Source: Cyanophyceae cyanobacterium (lineage in GTDB: Bacteria > Cyanobacteriota > Cyanobacteriia > Cyanobacteriales > Laspinemataceae). From it: a stretch of 64,000 nucleotides of DNA. The position numbers and the translations under genes are program-made. Below the pieces are notes generated by a model. It did no database searches. It was not told the origin of the DNA and worked only from the letters and a program-made list of their open reading frames with translations. Where the stretch lies: positions 11,140 to 75,139 of the forward strand of contig JBBQFN010000025.1 of NCBI GenBank assembly GCA_038321985.1, in the 5' to 3' direction. Positions 23,106 to 32,124 of the stretch are shown here, piece by piece (position 1 is the stretch's first letter; each line of letters starts with the position of its first letter).

Positions 23106-26100
23106 ATGACTAAAAATAAGTTCACTTTCTACAACCGAGTTATTAATAAAGGGCAGATTAAAAACCTGATTTCCCGAACGTTTGTGCAGTATGGCACGGC
23201 GCGGAGCGCTCAAATTGCCGATCGCCTAAAAGATTTGGGCTTCCGCTATGCCACGAAAGCGGGGGTTTCGATTAGTGTGGATGATTTGATGATTCCCCCG
23301 TCAAAGCGGGATTTGTTGGTGGGTGCAGAACGGGAAATCTCCTCTACGGAAAGCCGTTATGCCCGAGGGGAAATCACGGAGGTGGAACGCTTCCAAAAGG
23401 TGATTGATACTTGGAATAGCACCAGTGAAGCGCTCAAGGATGAGGTGGTGCGGCACTTTAAGGAAACGGACCCCCTCAATTCCGTTTATATGATGGCCTT
23501 CTCCGGTGCCCGGGGGAATGTCTCCCAGGTGCGGCAGTTGGTGGGGATGCGCGGATTGATGGCAAATCCCCAAGGGGAAATTATTGATTTACCGATTAAG
23601 ACGAATTTCCGAGAAGGGCTGACGGTCACGGAGTATATCATCTCATCCTACGGAGCCCGAAAGGGGCTGGTGGATACGGCACTGCGCACCGCAGATTCGG
23701 GCTATCTGACCCGGCGTTTGGTGGATGTCTCCCAGGATGTGATTGTGCGGGAGGTGGATTGCGGAACCACTCGCAGCATTCCGATGGAGAGCATGAAAGA
23801 TGAGGACCGGATTCTGATTCCGTTAAGCGATCGCCTGTTTGGTCGGGTGACTGCTGAGGATATTGTTTCTCCAAAAACCGGCGAACTGATAGCGGCGCGG
23901 AATCAGCCGATGGATGATGATTTGTCCTTCAAGATTATGGAACATGGGGTCGAACGGGTCTGGGTGCGATCGCCCCTGACCTGTGAAGCCTCCCGTTCCG
24001 TCTGCCAACTCTGCTATGGCTGGAGTTTGGCCCATGGCAAGTTAGTTGATATGGGTGAAGCGGTGGGAATTATCGCCGCCCAATCCATTGGCGAACCCGG
24101 TACTCAGTTGACCATGCGGACGTTCCACACCGGGGGTGTGTTCACGGCGGAAGTGGCCCGAACGGTGATGGCCCAATTCCGAGGGACAGTCCACTATTCC
24201 CCCACCATGCGTGCAAGGGCCTTCCGGACCCGACATGGGGAAGATGCGTTTGTGGTGGAAAATGCCAAGTCTGAAATCACCTTGCAAGCCGATAACCGTA
24301 AGGAAGTCTTTGATGTCTTCCAAGGCACCGTGCTGTTGGCCCATGATGGCGCTGTGGTCGAACCCCTGACCCTACTGGCAGAAGTCCCCCTCCCAGGTCG
24401 CACTCGCCGGACTACGGAGAAAGCCACGAAGGATGTGGCTTCGGATTTAGCCGGGGAAGTGGTGTTTGCGGATTTGATGCAAGAAGAGAAAAAGGACCGT
24501 CAGGGGAATGCCACCCGCACCGCCACCCGGGGGGGTCTGGTCTGGATTTTATCCGGAGAGGTTTATAACCTCCCGACTGGGGCGGAACCTGTGGTCAAGA
24601 ATGGCAGCCGGGTTCAACCCGGTGGGGTACTCGCCGAAACCAAACTGGTGACGGATAATGGCGGCATCGTCCGACTCCCGGAAGAGATGCAAAACCGCCC
24701 CTCTTCCATGCCTCGGGAAGTAGAGATTATCACCGCCTCCGTGACTCTGGACCGCGCCACGGTTTATGCCACCTCCACAGGAGGGCGCGACCATTACACC
24801 ATTGAGACATTTGGCAAACAGTTGTTCTCCCTGAAGGCGACTCCGGGAACCAAGGTGTTAAATCATCAGGTGGTGGCGGAGTTGATAGATGAGACTTACC
24901 GCACCCAAAGCGGGGGGATTATCAAATATGCCGGGGTGGAAGTGCTCAAACGGGGCAAAGCCAAGCAAGGCTATGAAGTCGTCAAGGGCGGTACTTTGCT
25001 GTGGATTCCCGAAGAGTGCCACGAAATCAATAAGGATATTTCGTTGCTGCTGGTGGAAGACGGGCAGTTCGTGGAAGCCGCCACGGAAATTGTCAAGGAT
25101 ATCAAGTGCGCCATGTCCGGAGTGGTGGAAGTTACCCAGAAAAACGACATCCTCCGGGAGGTGACGATTAAACCCGGGGAGTTGATTATGATCGAAGACC
25201 CCGAGGAGGTGGCCGTCACCACGGGTACCTTAGTGAATCCGGGGCAGGAAATTATGCCTGGGTTAGTGGCGACGGAGTTACGCTATGTGGAAGTGCTAGA
25301 AACCCCCGAGGGTCCGGCCCTACTGCTGCGTCCCACGGTGGAGTATCCCGTGTTGGATGAACCGGCAATTCCTTCTCAGGAGTCTCTGAACAATGGGGAA
25401 GAGGCGATGATTCAACTGCGGGCGGTGCAACGGTTGCCCTATAAGGATGGGGAACGGGTGAAGTCCGTGGAAGGGTTAGAGTTGCTGCGGACCCAGTTGG
25501 TGCTAGAAATTGATAAGGATGCACCCGGATTGGCGGCAGATATTGAGTTGGTGCCGGTGGAGGATGAGGAGATAGCCTCGGAAGAGGTAGACCCATCCCG
25601 GGGCGCGCCAATGCGCTTACAGTTGGTGATTCTGGAGTCGTTGGTAATTCGCCGGGATGTGGTGGCGGATACGACCCAGGGGAGTACCCACACCCGTTTG
25701 TTGGTCAAGGATGGGGACCGGATTCCGCCTGGGGCAGTGGTAGCCCGGACAGAGATTCAGTGTAAGGAGTCCGGGGAAATCCGAGGCATCCGCGAAGGGG
25801 CTGAAGCGATTCGCCGGGTGTTGGTGGTCCGGGATGATGATGTGATTTTTGTAGACTGCGCGGAAAAACCTACCGTGAAGGTAGGGGGTTTCGTAGTGGA
25901 GAATACAGAGATTGCCCCAGGGATGCGGATGCCCGATTCAGGTCAGGTGGTGGAAGTAAGCGCCCTGGAGTCCGATCCGGAGGCGACTGCTTTGGCCCAG
26001 GCGAATTACCGGGTGAAGTTCCGGTTAGCCCGACCTTACCGGGTTTCCCCAGGGGCGGTGCTTCATGTAGACGATGGATCCTTGGTGCAGCGGGGGGATA

Positions 26101-27179
26101 ACCTGGTGCTGCTAGTGTTTGAACGCACGAAGACTGGGGATATTATTCAAGGGTTGCCCCGGATTGAGGAGTTGCTGGAGGCTCGTAAGCCGAAGGAGGG
26201 CTGCATTTTGGCGGCTCTGCCGGGGGTGGCCCAGGTGGTTTATGGGGATGATGATACGGTCATTTTGAAGGTCGTAGAAGAGGATGGGGCCGTCACCGAC
26301 TATGAATTAGGCCCAGGCCAGACGTTGCTCGTCAGCGACGGACAGCGGGTGAAGGCAGGGGAAGCCCTGACTGATGGACCGTCGAATCCCCATGAGATTT
26401 TGGAGATTTTCTTCAATCTGCCGGGAGAACGGACTTATGAGCATACGCTGATGAGTTTTCAGCAGGTGCAGACATTTTTAGTGAGCGAGGTGCAGTCGGT
26501 GTATCTGTCCCAAGGGATTGATATTAGTGATAAGCACATTGAAGTGATTGTGCGTCAGATGACGAACAAGGTGAGAATCGATGATGGCGGGGATACGACG
26601 ATGCTGCCTGGGGAGTTGATTGAACTGCAACAGGTGGAACGGGTGAATGAGGCGATGTCGATTACCGGCGGTGCGCCTGCGAAATATACACCGCTGTTGT
26701 TGGGGATTACTAAGGCGTCGTTGAATACGGATAGCTTTATTAGTGCGGCTTCTTTCCAGGAGACGACTCGGGTGCTAACCGAAGCTGCGATCGAGGGCAA
26801 GTCCGACTGGCTGCGCGGCTTGAAGGAGAATGTGATTATCGGACGGCTGATTCCTGCGGGGACAGGGTTTAATGCTTATGAGGATATGATGCTGCTCCCG
26901 GATGATAGTGCTTATGAGGGTGTGATCGAGGAGGAAGAAGAGGAGTTTCCCGATGTAGTCCTAGATGACCATACCGCACGAGCCTATCGCAGCGCTGGGA
27001 TAGAGTTAGAAGAGGAGATTCTCCCCGAGGAAGAGGAGGAAGTGGACGATGAGTTTGCTTTACCGGATTTGGGTTTGAAGGATGATAAAGTGGTGCGATC
27101 GCTCGACATTCTAGAAGAAGACTTCGAGGATGATGACGATTTCGATGACGATGATGATATTGAGGATGACTTTGAATAA
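23106..27179 (+). CDS. rpoC2: RNA polymerase beta' subunit (cyanobacterial RpoC2)
   Basis: [43 protein letters not shown], large SI3 insertion, [17 protein letters not shown] and an acidic tail. Confidence 0.99.
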   Translation: MTKNKFTFYNRVINKGQIKNLISRTFVQYGTARSAQIADRLKDLGFRYATKAGVSISVDDLMIPPSKRDLLVGAEREISSTESRYARGEITEVERFQKVIDTWNSTSEALKDEVVRHFKETDPLNSVYMMAFSGARGNVSQVRQLVGMRGLMANPQGEIIDLPIKTNFREGLTVTEYIISSYGARKGLVDTALRTADSGYLTRRLVDVSQDVIVREVDCGTTRSIPMESMKDEDRILIPLSDRLFGRVTAEDIVSPKTGELIAARNQPMDDDLSFKIMEHGVERVWVRSPLTCEASRSVCQLCYGWSLAHGKLVDMGEAVGIIAAQSIGEPGTQLTMRTFHTGGVFTAEVARTVMAQFRGTVHYSPTMRARAFRTRHGEDAFVVENAKSEITLQADNRKEVFDVFQGTVLLAHDGAVVEPLTLLAEVPLPGRTRRTTEKATKDVASDLAGEVVFADLMQEEKKDRQGNATRTATRGGLVWILSGEVYNLPTGAEPVVKNGSRVQPGGVLAETKLVTDNGGIVRLPEEMQNRPSSMPREVEIITASVTLDRATVYATSTGGRDHYTIETFGKQLFSLKATPGTKVLNHQVVAELIDETYRTQSGGIIKYAGVEVLKRGKAKQGYEVVKGGTLLWIPEECHEINKDISLLLVEDGQFVEAATEIVKDIKCAMSGVVEVTQKNDILREVTIKPGELIMIEDPEEVAVTTGTLVNPGQEIMPGLVATELRYVEVLETPEGPALLLRPTVEYPVLDEPAIPSQESLNNGEEAMIQLRAVQRLPYKDGERVKSVEGLELLRTQLVLEIDKDAPGLAADIELVPVEDEEIASEEVDPSRGAPMRLQLVILESLVIRRDVVADTTQGSTHTRLLVKDGDRIPPGAVVARTEIQCKESGEIRGIREGAEAIRRVLVVRDDDVIFVDCAEKPTVKVGGFVVENTEIAPGMRMPDSGQVVEVSALESDPEATALAQANYRVKFRLARPYRVSPGAVLHVDDGSLVQRGDNLVLLVFERTKTGDIIQGLPRIEELLEARKPKEGCILAALPGVAQVVYGDDDTVILKVVEEDGAVTDYELGPGQTLLVSDGQRVKAGEALTDGPSNPHEILEIFFNLPGERTYEHTLMSFQQVQTFLVSEVQSVYLSQGIDISDKHIEVIVRQMTNKVRIDDGGDTTMLPGELIELQQVERVNEAMSITGGAPAKYTPLLLGITKASLNTDSFISAASFQETTRVLTEAAIEGKSDWLRGLKENVIIGRLIPAGTGFNAYEDMMLLPDDSAYEGVIEEEEEEFPDVVLDDHTARAYRSAGIELEEEILPEEEEEVDDEFALPDLGLKDDKVVRSLDILEEDFEDDDDFDDDDDIEDDFE

Positions 27180-27241
27180 AGTTGTCCTAGGTTAAAAAAT
27201 CCAATCCCTCAAATTCCTATTAAAAAAGGGGGATGCTCAGT

Positions 27242-27282
27242 AAAACTCCCCGATTAGAATCAGATTCTAATCGGGGAGTTTT
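27242..27282. terminator. Perfect 20-bp inverted repeat after rpoC2 (likely terminator)
   Basis: AAAACTCCCCGATTAGAATC-A-GATTCTAATCGGGGAGTTTT, ending in a T run. Confidence 0.75.
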
Positions 27283-27312
27283 TTAGGGGAGTAATACGGA
27301 ATCCGGTAGTTA

Positions 27313-27575
27313 GGGCTTGCTGAAAAACCACGAAATGCTGATGAGGCAAGGCTTTGAGAAGTCTGACCAGGACACAAAAGACAGGAAAAAGAGGTAAAAT
27401 TGGAAATTGTTGTGCATCGTTCGAGGGAAAATATATCGAAAATCACAAGACCCCCTGGGGCCAGAAGAAGCCTTTGAACTTCCCTCATGGAGCCAGCTGT
27501 GTGCAAAAAATCGGTGGATTGTTCTGTCGAAGCTAATTCCGTGGTCCTTGCTTTGAGTCAGAATATGCCCAAATT
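27313..27575 (+). mobile_element. Degenerate IS5-family element: left end plus transposase 5' fragment
   Basis: GGGCTTGCTGAAAAA end-like sequence at 27313. From 27431 it reads IYRKSQDPLGPEEAFELPSWSQLCAKNRWIVLSKLIPWS, then after a frameshift FESEYAQI. This matches cyanobacterial IS5 transposase N-termini (MYRK...FELPF.G.L...NRW...IPW..FE.EYA). The start codon reads ATA. Confidence 0.75.
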
Positions 27576-27848
27576 CGGGAAACCCCAGGCAGCCTCAGTA
27601 TGCCCAGCTATGACGCAGGAGATCGCCTCTGTCTTATCGACTTTTTGGCTCGCTTTCCGATTCAACCGAAACTGATGACTGGCGCACCCCAGGATAAATA
27701 CGAGCAAGCAGCCGATCGCCTCGCGGAAGACCTGTTGTAGTTGTAGCTTTCACCAGGAATTTATGGCACCAAATCTCCAAGAAATATTAGGTTTGGTGCC
27801 AGACAGGACAAAGCTTTTAGAATTTTTTACAAGATATCTAAATAAACC

Positions 27849-28220
27849 TTACCCAAACTCATAGCCCCGATCAACCCAGTAATGCCAGTCTGCGATCGCT
27901 TGTTGAGTCTGCGGATCTGCATCGGGAGCCTCTAGCTGAATCAACGATACTGCCAGGAGATCGCCTTGCCAGGTAATCTTCACATACATTTCGCGATCGC
28001 ACTCATCTTCCGATGCCATACCCACTACTTCTACTATTGTCCCCTTTTTTAGGGGAGAACTGAGCCGCTTACTGATGCAGGTTGCTGTAAATGGAAACTG
28101 CATCGTGTCCTGTAAGTAGTAGTACCAGCCCATTGCCTGTTCTTCAGGCCCATAGGCATCCACTACAATTTCCATCGCAATGCGTTCTTCGCGTTCCTCG
28201 TCGTGTTCTACTTTTACCAT
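27849..28220 (-). CDS. ccbP: CcbP-like calcium-binding protein
   Basis: VEHDEEREERIAMEIVVDAY..EEQAMGWYYYLQDTMQFPF...VEVVGMA..DEC..EMYV...TQQAIADWHYWVDRGYEF resembles Anabaena CcbP. ATG at 28220. Confidence 0.8.
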   Translation of the reverse strand: MVKVEHDEEREERIAMEIVVDAYGPEEQAMGWYYYLQDTMQFPFTATCISKRLSSPLKKGTIVEVVGMASEDECDREMYVKITWQGDLLAVSLIQLEAPDADPQTQQAIADWHYWVDRGYEFG

Positions 28221-28576
28221 AAAAAAACTTTCAATCGTTGCTAAATTGTACACCCCGATTAAACCTTAAGAGCGGGTCTTTTTGTTTTATTAGCAGCAAG
28301 TATTCGTGTATTTTTTTAAAATGGCTAAAGACCCTTTTCTATAAGATTTTCATACCCAATCCGGACTTCAAAAGTCGTCTTTACTCTTGAACCCGCGCAG
28401 GCGGGCTACGCTAGCGTCCGTGTTTACCAACCCTTTAGGGGGTGGGTTTTTATAGACCTTTAAATACCGGATTCCGTATCAGCTTAAACCTGGGGAATGT
28501 GGGACCCAGATGCGATCGCCTCCTCTCCCCCTCTGTGACAATCCGTGAAATCGCTGGTTCATCCCCCTCCCCATCC

Positions 28577-30349
28577 CTAATTCCGAGAAGTCGGATTCGG
28601 CTGATTCATCTCCTCCAAAATAATCTCTTGATTAATCAAAGCCTGAGAATGAGTCGGATTCAACTCCAACGCTTTTTGCGTCGCCGCTAAAGCATCCCCA
28701 TACTCTTCTAAAAATCGTAAAGCAATACCTTTCCCTGCCCAAAAATCAGCATTCTCAGCATTAATTTGGATCGCCCTTTCGTAGGTAGTGACGGCTTCTC
28801 CATAGCGGCGCAGTGCCATCAGTCCGAGGGCGCGATTATAGAGGGCGGGGGCAGATTCGGGAGCCATTCCTAGGGCGCTGTCGGCGGAGGCGACTGCTTC
28901 GGTATAGCGTTCTAAGCGATAGAGGACGGCGCTCTGATTTACCCAAATATCCGCCATTGTGGGCCGATCGCCTACGTTGGCATCCCCTCTCAAGGCCCGA
29001 TTGTACGCATCCACCGCTTCGTCATATCGGCCTAATCCGGTGAGAATTCGCCCTTGGTTGAACCAAGCTAAGGATGAGCCCGGGGAGACAGCGATCGCCC
29101 TTTCCGTAGCGGCTAACGCTTCTTGTTCTCGGTTCAAATGCCACAGGGGAACGCTGCGATTACTCCAAGCATCGGCTAACTGGGGATTCAGCCCGATCGC
29201 CTTATTAGAAGCCGCCAGAGCTTCTTCATAATTGGACAGTCCCGTGAGCGCATTGGCTAACTGCACCCAGGCATAAGCGGGTCCCAAGTCGCCCCAGTTG
29301 CCATCTCCCTCCTGTAGTGCCATTTCACAAGCCGCTTTTGCCGGTTCATAGCTGCCCAATCGGTTCAAGTTGGCGCATTGATGCAGCAAGGTAAAGGAAG
29401 ATGTGGGATTGATTTTAACCGCCCATTGGAAGGAGAGTTGCGCTTCGGGATGTCTACCGAGGATGCCGAGGATAATGCCTTGTTCTGTCCAGGAGATAGC
29501 ATCATTGGGTTCCAATCCCAAGGCGCGATCGTAGGCGGCTAAGGCTTCGTCATAGCGTCGTTGGGATTTGAGCAGTCTGGCTTTATTCGCCCAGGCGATC
29601 GCGGGGTTGAGGGTTCCCCAATTTTGATTGACTTGCAAGGCGCGATCGCAAGCCGTCAGTGCTTCTGTACCTTGTCCCAGTTCGACAAGAATAGCACATC
29701 GTCCCGCCAAGGCGATGGAATAATTAGGATTAATTTTAATCGCCCATTCGTAGGAAGTGAGAGCTTCTTCAATTTGACCCGAACGACTCAAGGCGACCCC
29801 GCGATGATACCAGGCGACGGCAGGGGATTGGTTTTCCCAGTTGTTATCCATGCGTAAGGCGGTGTCACAGGAGGCGACTGCCTCTTCATATTGACTCAGT
29901 TCGACTGCCCCGGAACAGCGTTTCGTGAGTAACAGGGAATTGTTGGGGTCACGTTCAATGGCTTGGTTGTAGGAGGCAACGGCTTCGGCGTACTGGGTTA
30001 AGGCAAATAAGGCATCAGCGCGATCGCTCCAAACGAGGGGGTCATTGGTATTTAAGGCGATCGCGCTATCACAGGCGGCAACTGCTTCCTCATATTGCGC
30101 TTGTTCCAGCAAGGTGCGACATAACCCCGCCCAATGGGAAAAATCCTCTAACCCTTCCTGTGCCAGTACCCGATAGTTGCCGCTTTCCACCCCCATCCCA
30201 ACCATCATCAATAGAACCGATACTCCGATTTTGACTGAATTGCTTCCGGTTTCTCCAACTCTTCTCAAAGTCCCTCTCCTTGGAAAGGAGAGGGATTTAG
30301 GGTGAGGTCCATCTTCAAAATCCCTCTTTTTTCCAAACTGTTTAGGCAT
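28577..30349 (-). CDS. Tetratricopeptide-repeat protein, probably exported
   Basis: Many repeats of the form W...G..L..LGRY.EA..AY.RAL...P; hydrophobic segment IGVSVLLMMVGMGV followed by VLA-Q. Confidence 0.9.
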   Translation of the reverse strand: MPKQFGKKRDFEDGPHPKSLSFPRRGTLRRVGETGSNSVKIGVSVLLMMVGMGVESGNYRVLAQEGLEDFSHWAGLCRTLLEQAQYEEAVAACDSAIALNTNDPLVWSDRADALFALTQYAEAVASYNQAIERDPNNSLLLTKRCSGAVELSQYEEAVASCDTALRMDNNWENQSPAVAWYHRGVALSRSGQIEEALTSYEWAIKINPNYSIALAGRCAILVELGQGTEALTACDRALQVNQNWGTLNPAIAWANKARLLKSQRRYDEALAAYDRALGLEPNDAISWTEQGIILGILGRHPEAQLSFQWAVKINPTSSFTLLHQCANLNRLGSYEPAKAACEMALQEGDGNWGDLGPAYAWVQLANALTGLSNYEEALAASNKAIGLNPQLADAWSNRSVPLWHLNREQEALAATERAIAVSPGSSLAWFNQGRILTGLGRYDEAVDAYNRALRGDANVGDRPTMADIWVNQSAVLYRLERYTEAVASADSALGMAPESAPALYNRALGLMALRRYGEAVTTYERAIQINAENADFWAGKGIALRFLEEYGDALAATQKALELNPTHSQALINQEIILEEMNQPNPTSRN

Positions 30350-30373
30350 TAATTTTCTCCTTTACTTTCTTCT

Positions 30374-31900
30374 TCAATTACAGCGATTTTCGATGCCATT
30401 TGGCATAATTGCATTACACAAATAAACCTGAGTCAAATCTACCCCTTCTAAATTTGCTCCGGTCAAATTCGCCCCGCCTAGATTTGCTCCGGTTAAATTC
30501 GCTCCACTTAAGTTAGCATTTTGCAGGTTTGCCCCAAACAGATGGGCGCTTTCCAGATTTGCCAGACTTAAATCGGCTCCCTGCAAATTGGCATTCGCCA
30601 ATCTCGCCCCTTTTAAATTAATCCCGCTTAAATTAGCTTCTACCAAATTTGCCTCGGTTAAATCTTGGTTTTCCGCTCCCTGTTGGAGCAGGTTTAAAAT
30701 AAACAGCCATTGACTTTCAATAACTGTTTCTTCAGTGATTTTAATATCCCGTAGATTGGCATTTCCTAAATTTGCTCCCAAGAGATTGACATTTCCTAAA
30801 TTAGACTGTTCTAAATTAGCCGCGAATAAATTACTATTTCTAAGATTCGCTCCTTGAAAATTAACCTGACTCAAATCAGCCTGAGTTAGATTAGTTCCCA
30901 ATAAAATGCTATGGCGTAAATCAGCCCCATGCAGATTTGCCCCAACCAGAGTAGCTGAAGTGAAATCGGCATAATGGAGATAAGACTCAGTTAAATTAAC
31001 TCCCGTCAGATTCGCCCGTTCTAAATTAGACATAAAGAAGGAAGCACCCTCAAGGTTAGCACCCTCCAGATTGATATCCTGAAAATTCATTGCTTCGAGA
31101 TTGGCACCCGATAAGTCACTTCCAGCAAGGGTTTGACTGGCTAAAGGTTGATTAACAACGGTCCAAATAAATTGCCATTTACTATCGAGGATTGTTTCAT
31201 TATTTAGGATAGTTTTTTTAAAATTAGTTCTAAATAATTTAGCTTCTTCTAAGTTTGCGCTAGTGAGATTAGCCCCTTCTAAATTAGCATTTTCTAAGTT
31301 AACTTTTTTTAAATTAGCCCCGGATAAGTTAGCATTTTTGAGATTGGCATTTTTAAAATTTGCTTCTTCTAAATTAGCGAGAGGGAGAGAGGCTTCTTGT
31401 AAGTCGGCATTTTCTAAATTAGCTTTTTTTAAATTAGCAAGTTCTAAATTAGCGGAGTTTAGATTAGTGCCTAAGAGTTCGGCATTTTCTAAATTTGCTT
31501 GATGGAGGTTAGCTCTAAATAAGGTGGCCCCGTTGAATTTGGCTTTTTCTAAATCCGCTTGTTCTAGGTTGGCGCTGCCCAGGGTAGCATTACTCAAATC
31601 CGCTTGAAACATCCGCGATCGCGACAAGTTAGCCCCATCGAGTTTTGCGCCTCTGAGATTCGTTAATCTTAGGTTAGAGTCGGACATATCCCCACCTTGG
31701 AGTTCCGCCCCCATCAGGTTTGCTTCTTGGAGGTTGCAGCGGGTACATTGACGGGTTTCTTGCAATTTAGTAACATCCGAACCCCGGGCGGCTAAGACGG
31801 GAGTTGGGAGGGAAATCAGGGAAAATAAGGACCAATGACCAATCACCAATGACCAATAACAAAAGAGGGGAATGGCGGGGCGGGATTTTTTCCTATTCAT
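30374..31900 (-). CDS. Pentapeptide-repeat protein with signal peptide
   Basis: Extensive A(N/D)LxG repeats in three blocks, CxxC cap (CTRCNL) and LCNAIMPNG C-cap. ATG at 31900. Confidence 0.92.
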   Translation of the reverse strand: MNRKKSRPAIPLFCYWSLVIGHWSLFSLISLPTPVLAARGSDVTKLQETRQCTRCNLQEANLMGAELQGGDMSDSNLRLTNLRGAKLDGANLSRSRMFQADLSNATLGSANLEQADLEKAKFNGATLFRANLHQANLENAELLGTNLNSANLELANLKKANLENADLQEASLPLANLEEANFKNANLKNANLSGANLKKVNLENANLEGANLTSANLEEAKLFRTNFKKTILNNETILDSKWQFIWTVVNQPLASQTLAGSDLSGANLEAMNFQDINLEGANLEGASFFMSNLERANLTGVNLTESYLHYADFTSATLVGANLHGADLRHSILLGTNLTQADLSQVNFQGANLRNSNLFAANLEQSNLGNVNLLGANLGNANLRDIKITEETVIESQWLFILNLLQQGAENQDLTEANLVEANLSGINLKGARLANANLQGADLSLANLESAHLFGANLQNANLSGANLTGANLGGANLTGANLEGVDLTQVYLCNAIMPNGIENRCN

Positions 31901-31929
31901 TAGTTTTTCTGGGTGTAATACCAAATTCC

Positions 31930-32095
31930 TGATGTAGGGGTTTGGTTTCCAAACCCTCTTCGGTGATGTAGGGGTTTGGTTTCCTTTCTCCTTTTAGATA
32001 AGAACGACTGAAGTGATTACTACGAACATGAAGAGAACTTCCCCTTTTAGATAAGAACAACTGAAGTCGTTACTACGAACATGAAGAGAACTTCC
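31930..32095. repeat. Composite tandem repeats: 2x TGATGTAGGGGTTTGGTTTCC and 2x 53-bp unit
   Basis: 21-mers at 31930-31950 and 31964-31984. 53-mers at 31990-32042 and 32043-32095 (3 mismatches), each containing the AACGACTGAAGTCGTTACTAC-like REP. Confidence 0.85.
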
Positions 32096-32124
32096 CTACG
32101 AGAGAAACATGACATAAGACCCAT

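Noticed and set aside
17576..27179. Inteins or introns in the rpo genes; large RpoC2 insertion as a novelty
   Set aside because: The ORFs are continuous and of ordinary length with no intein motifs seen. The big insertion is the normal cyanobacterial SI3 domain.
31930..32095. Possible mini CRISPR array
   Set aside because: The 53-bp units are head-to-tail with no unique spacers, there are only two copies, and no cas genes are present. It is a tandem duplication of a REP-containing unit.
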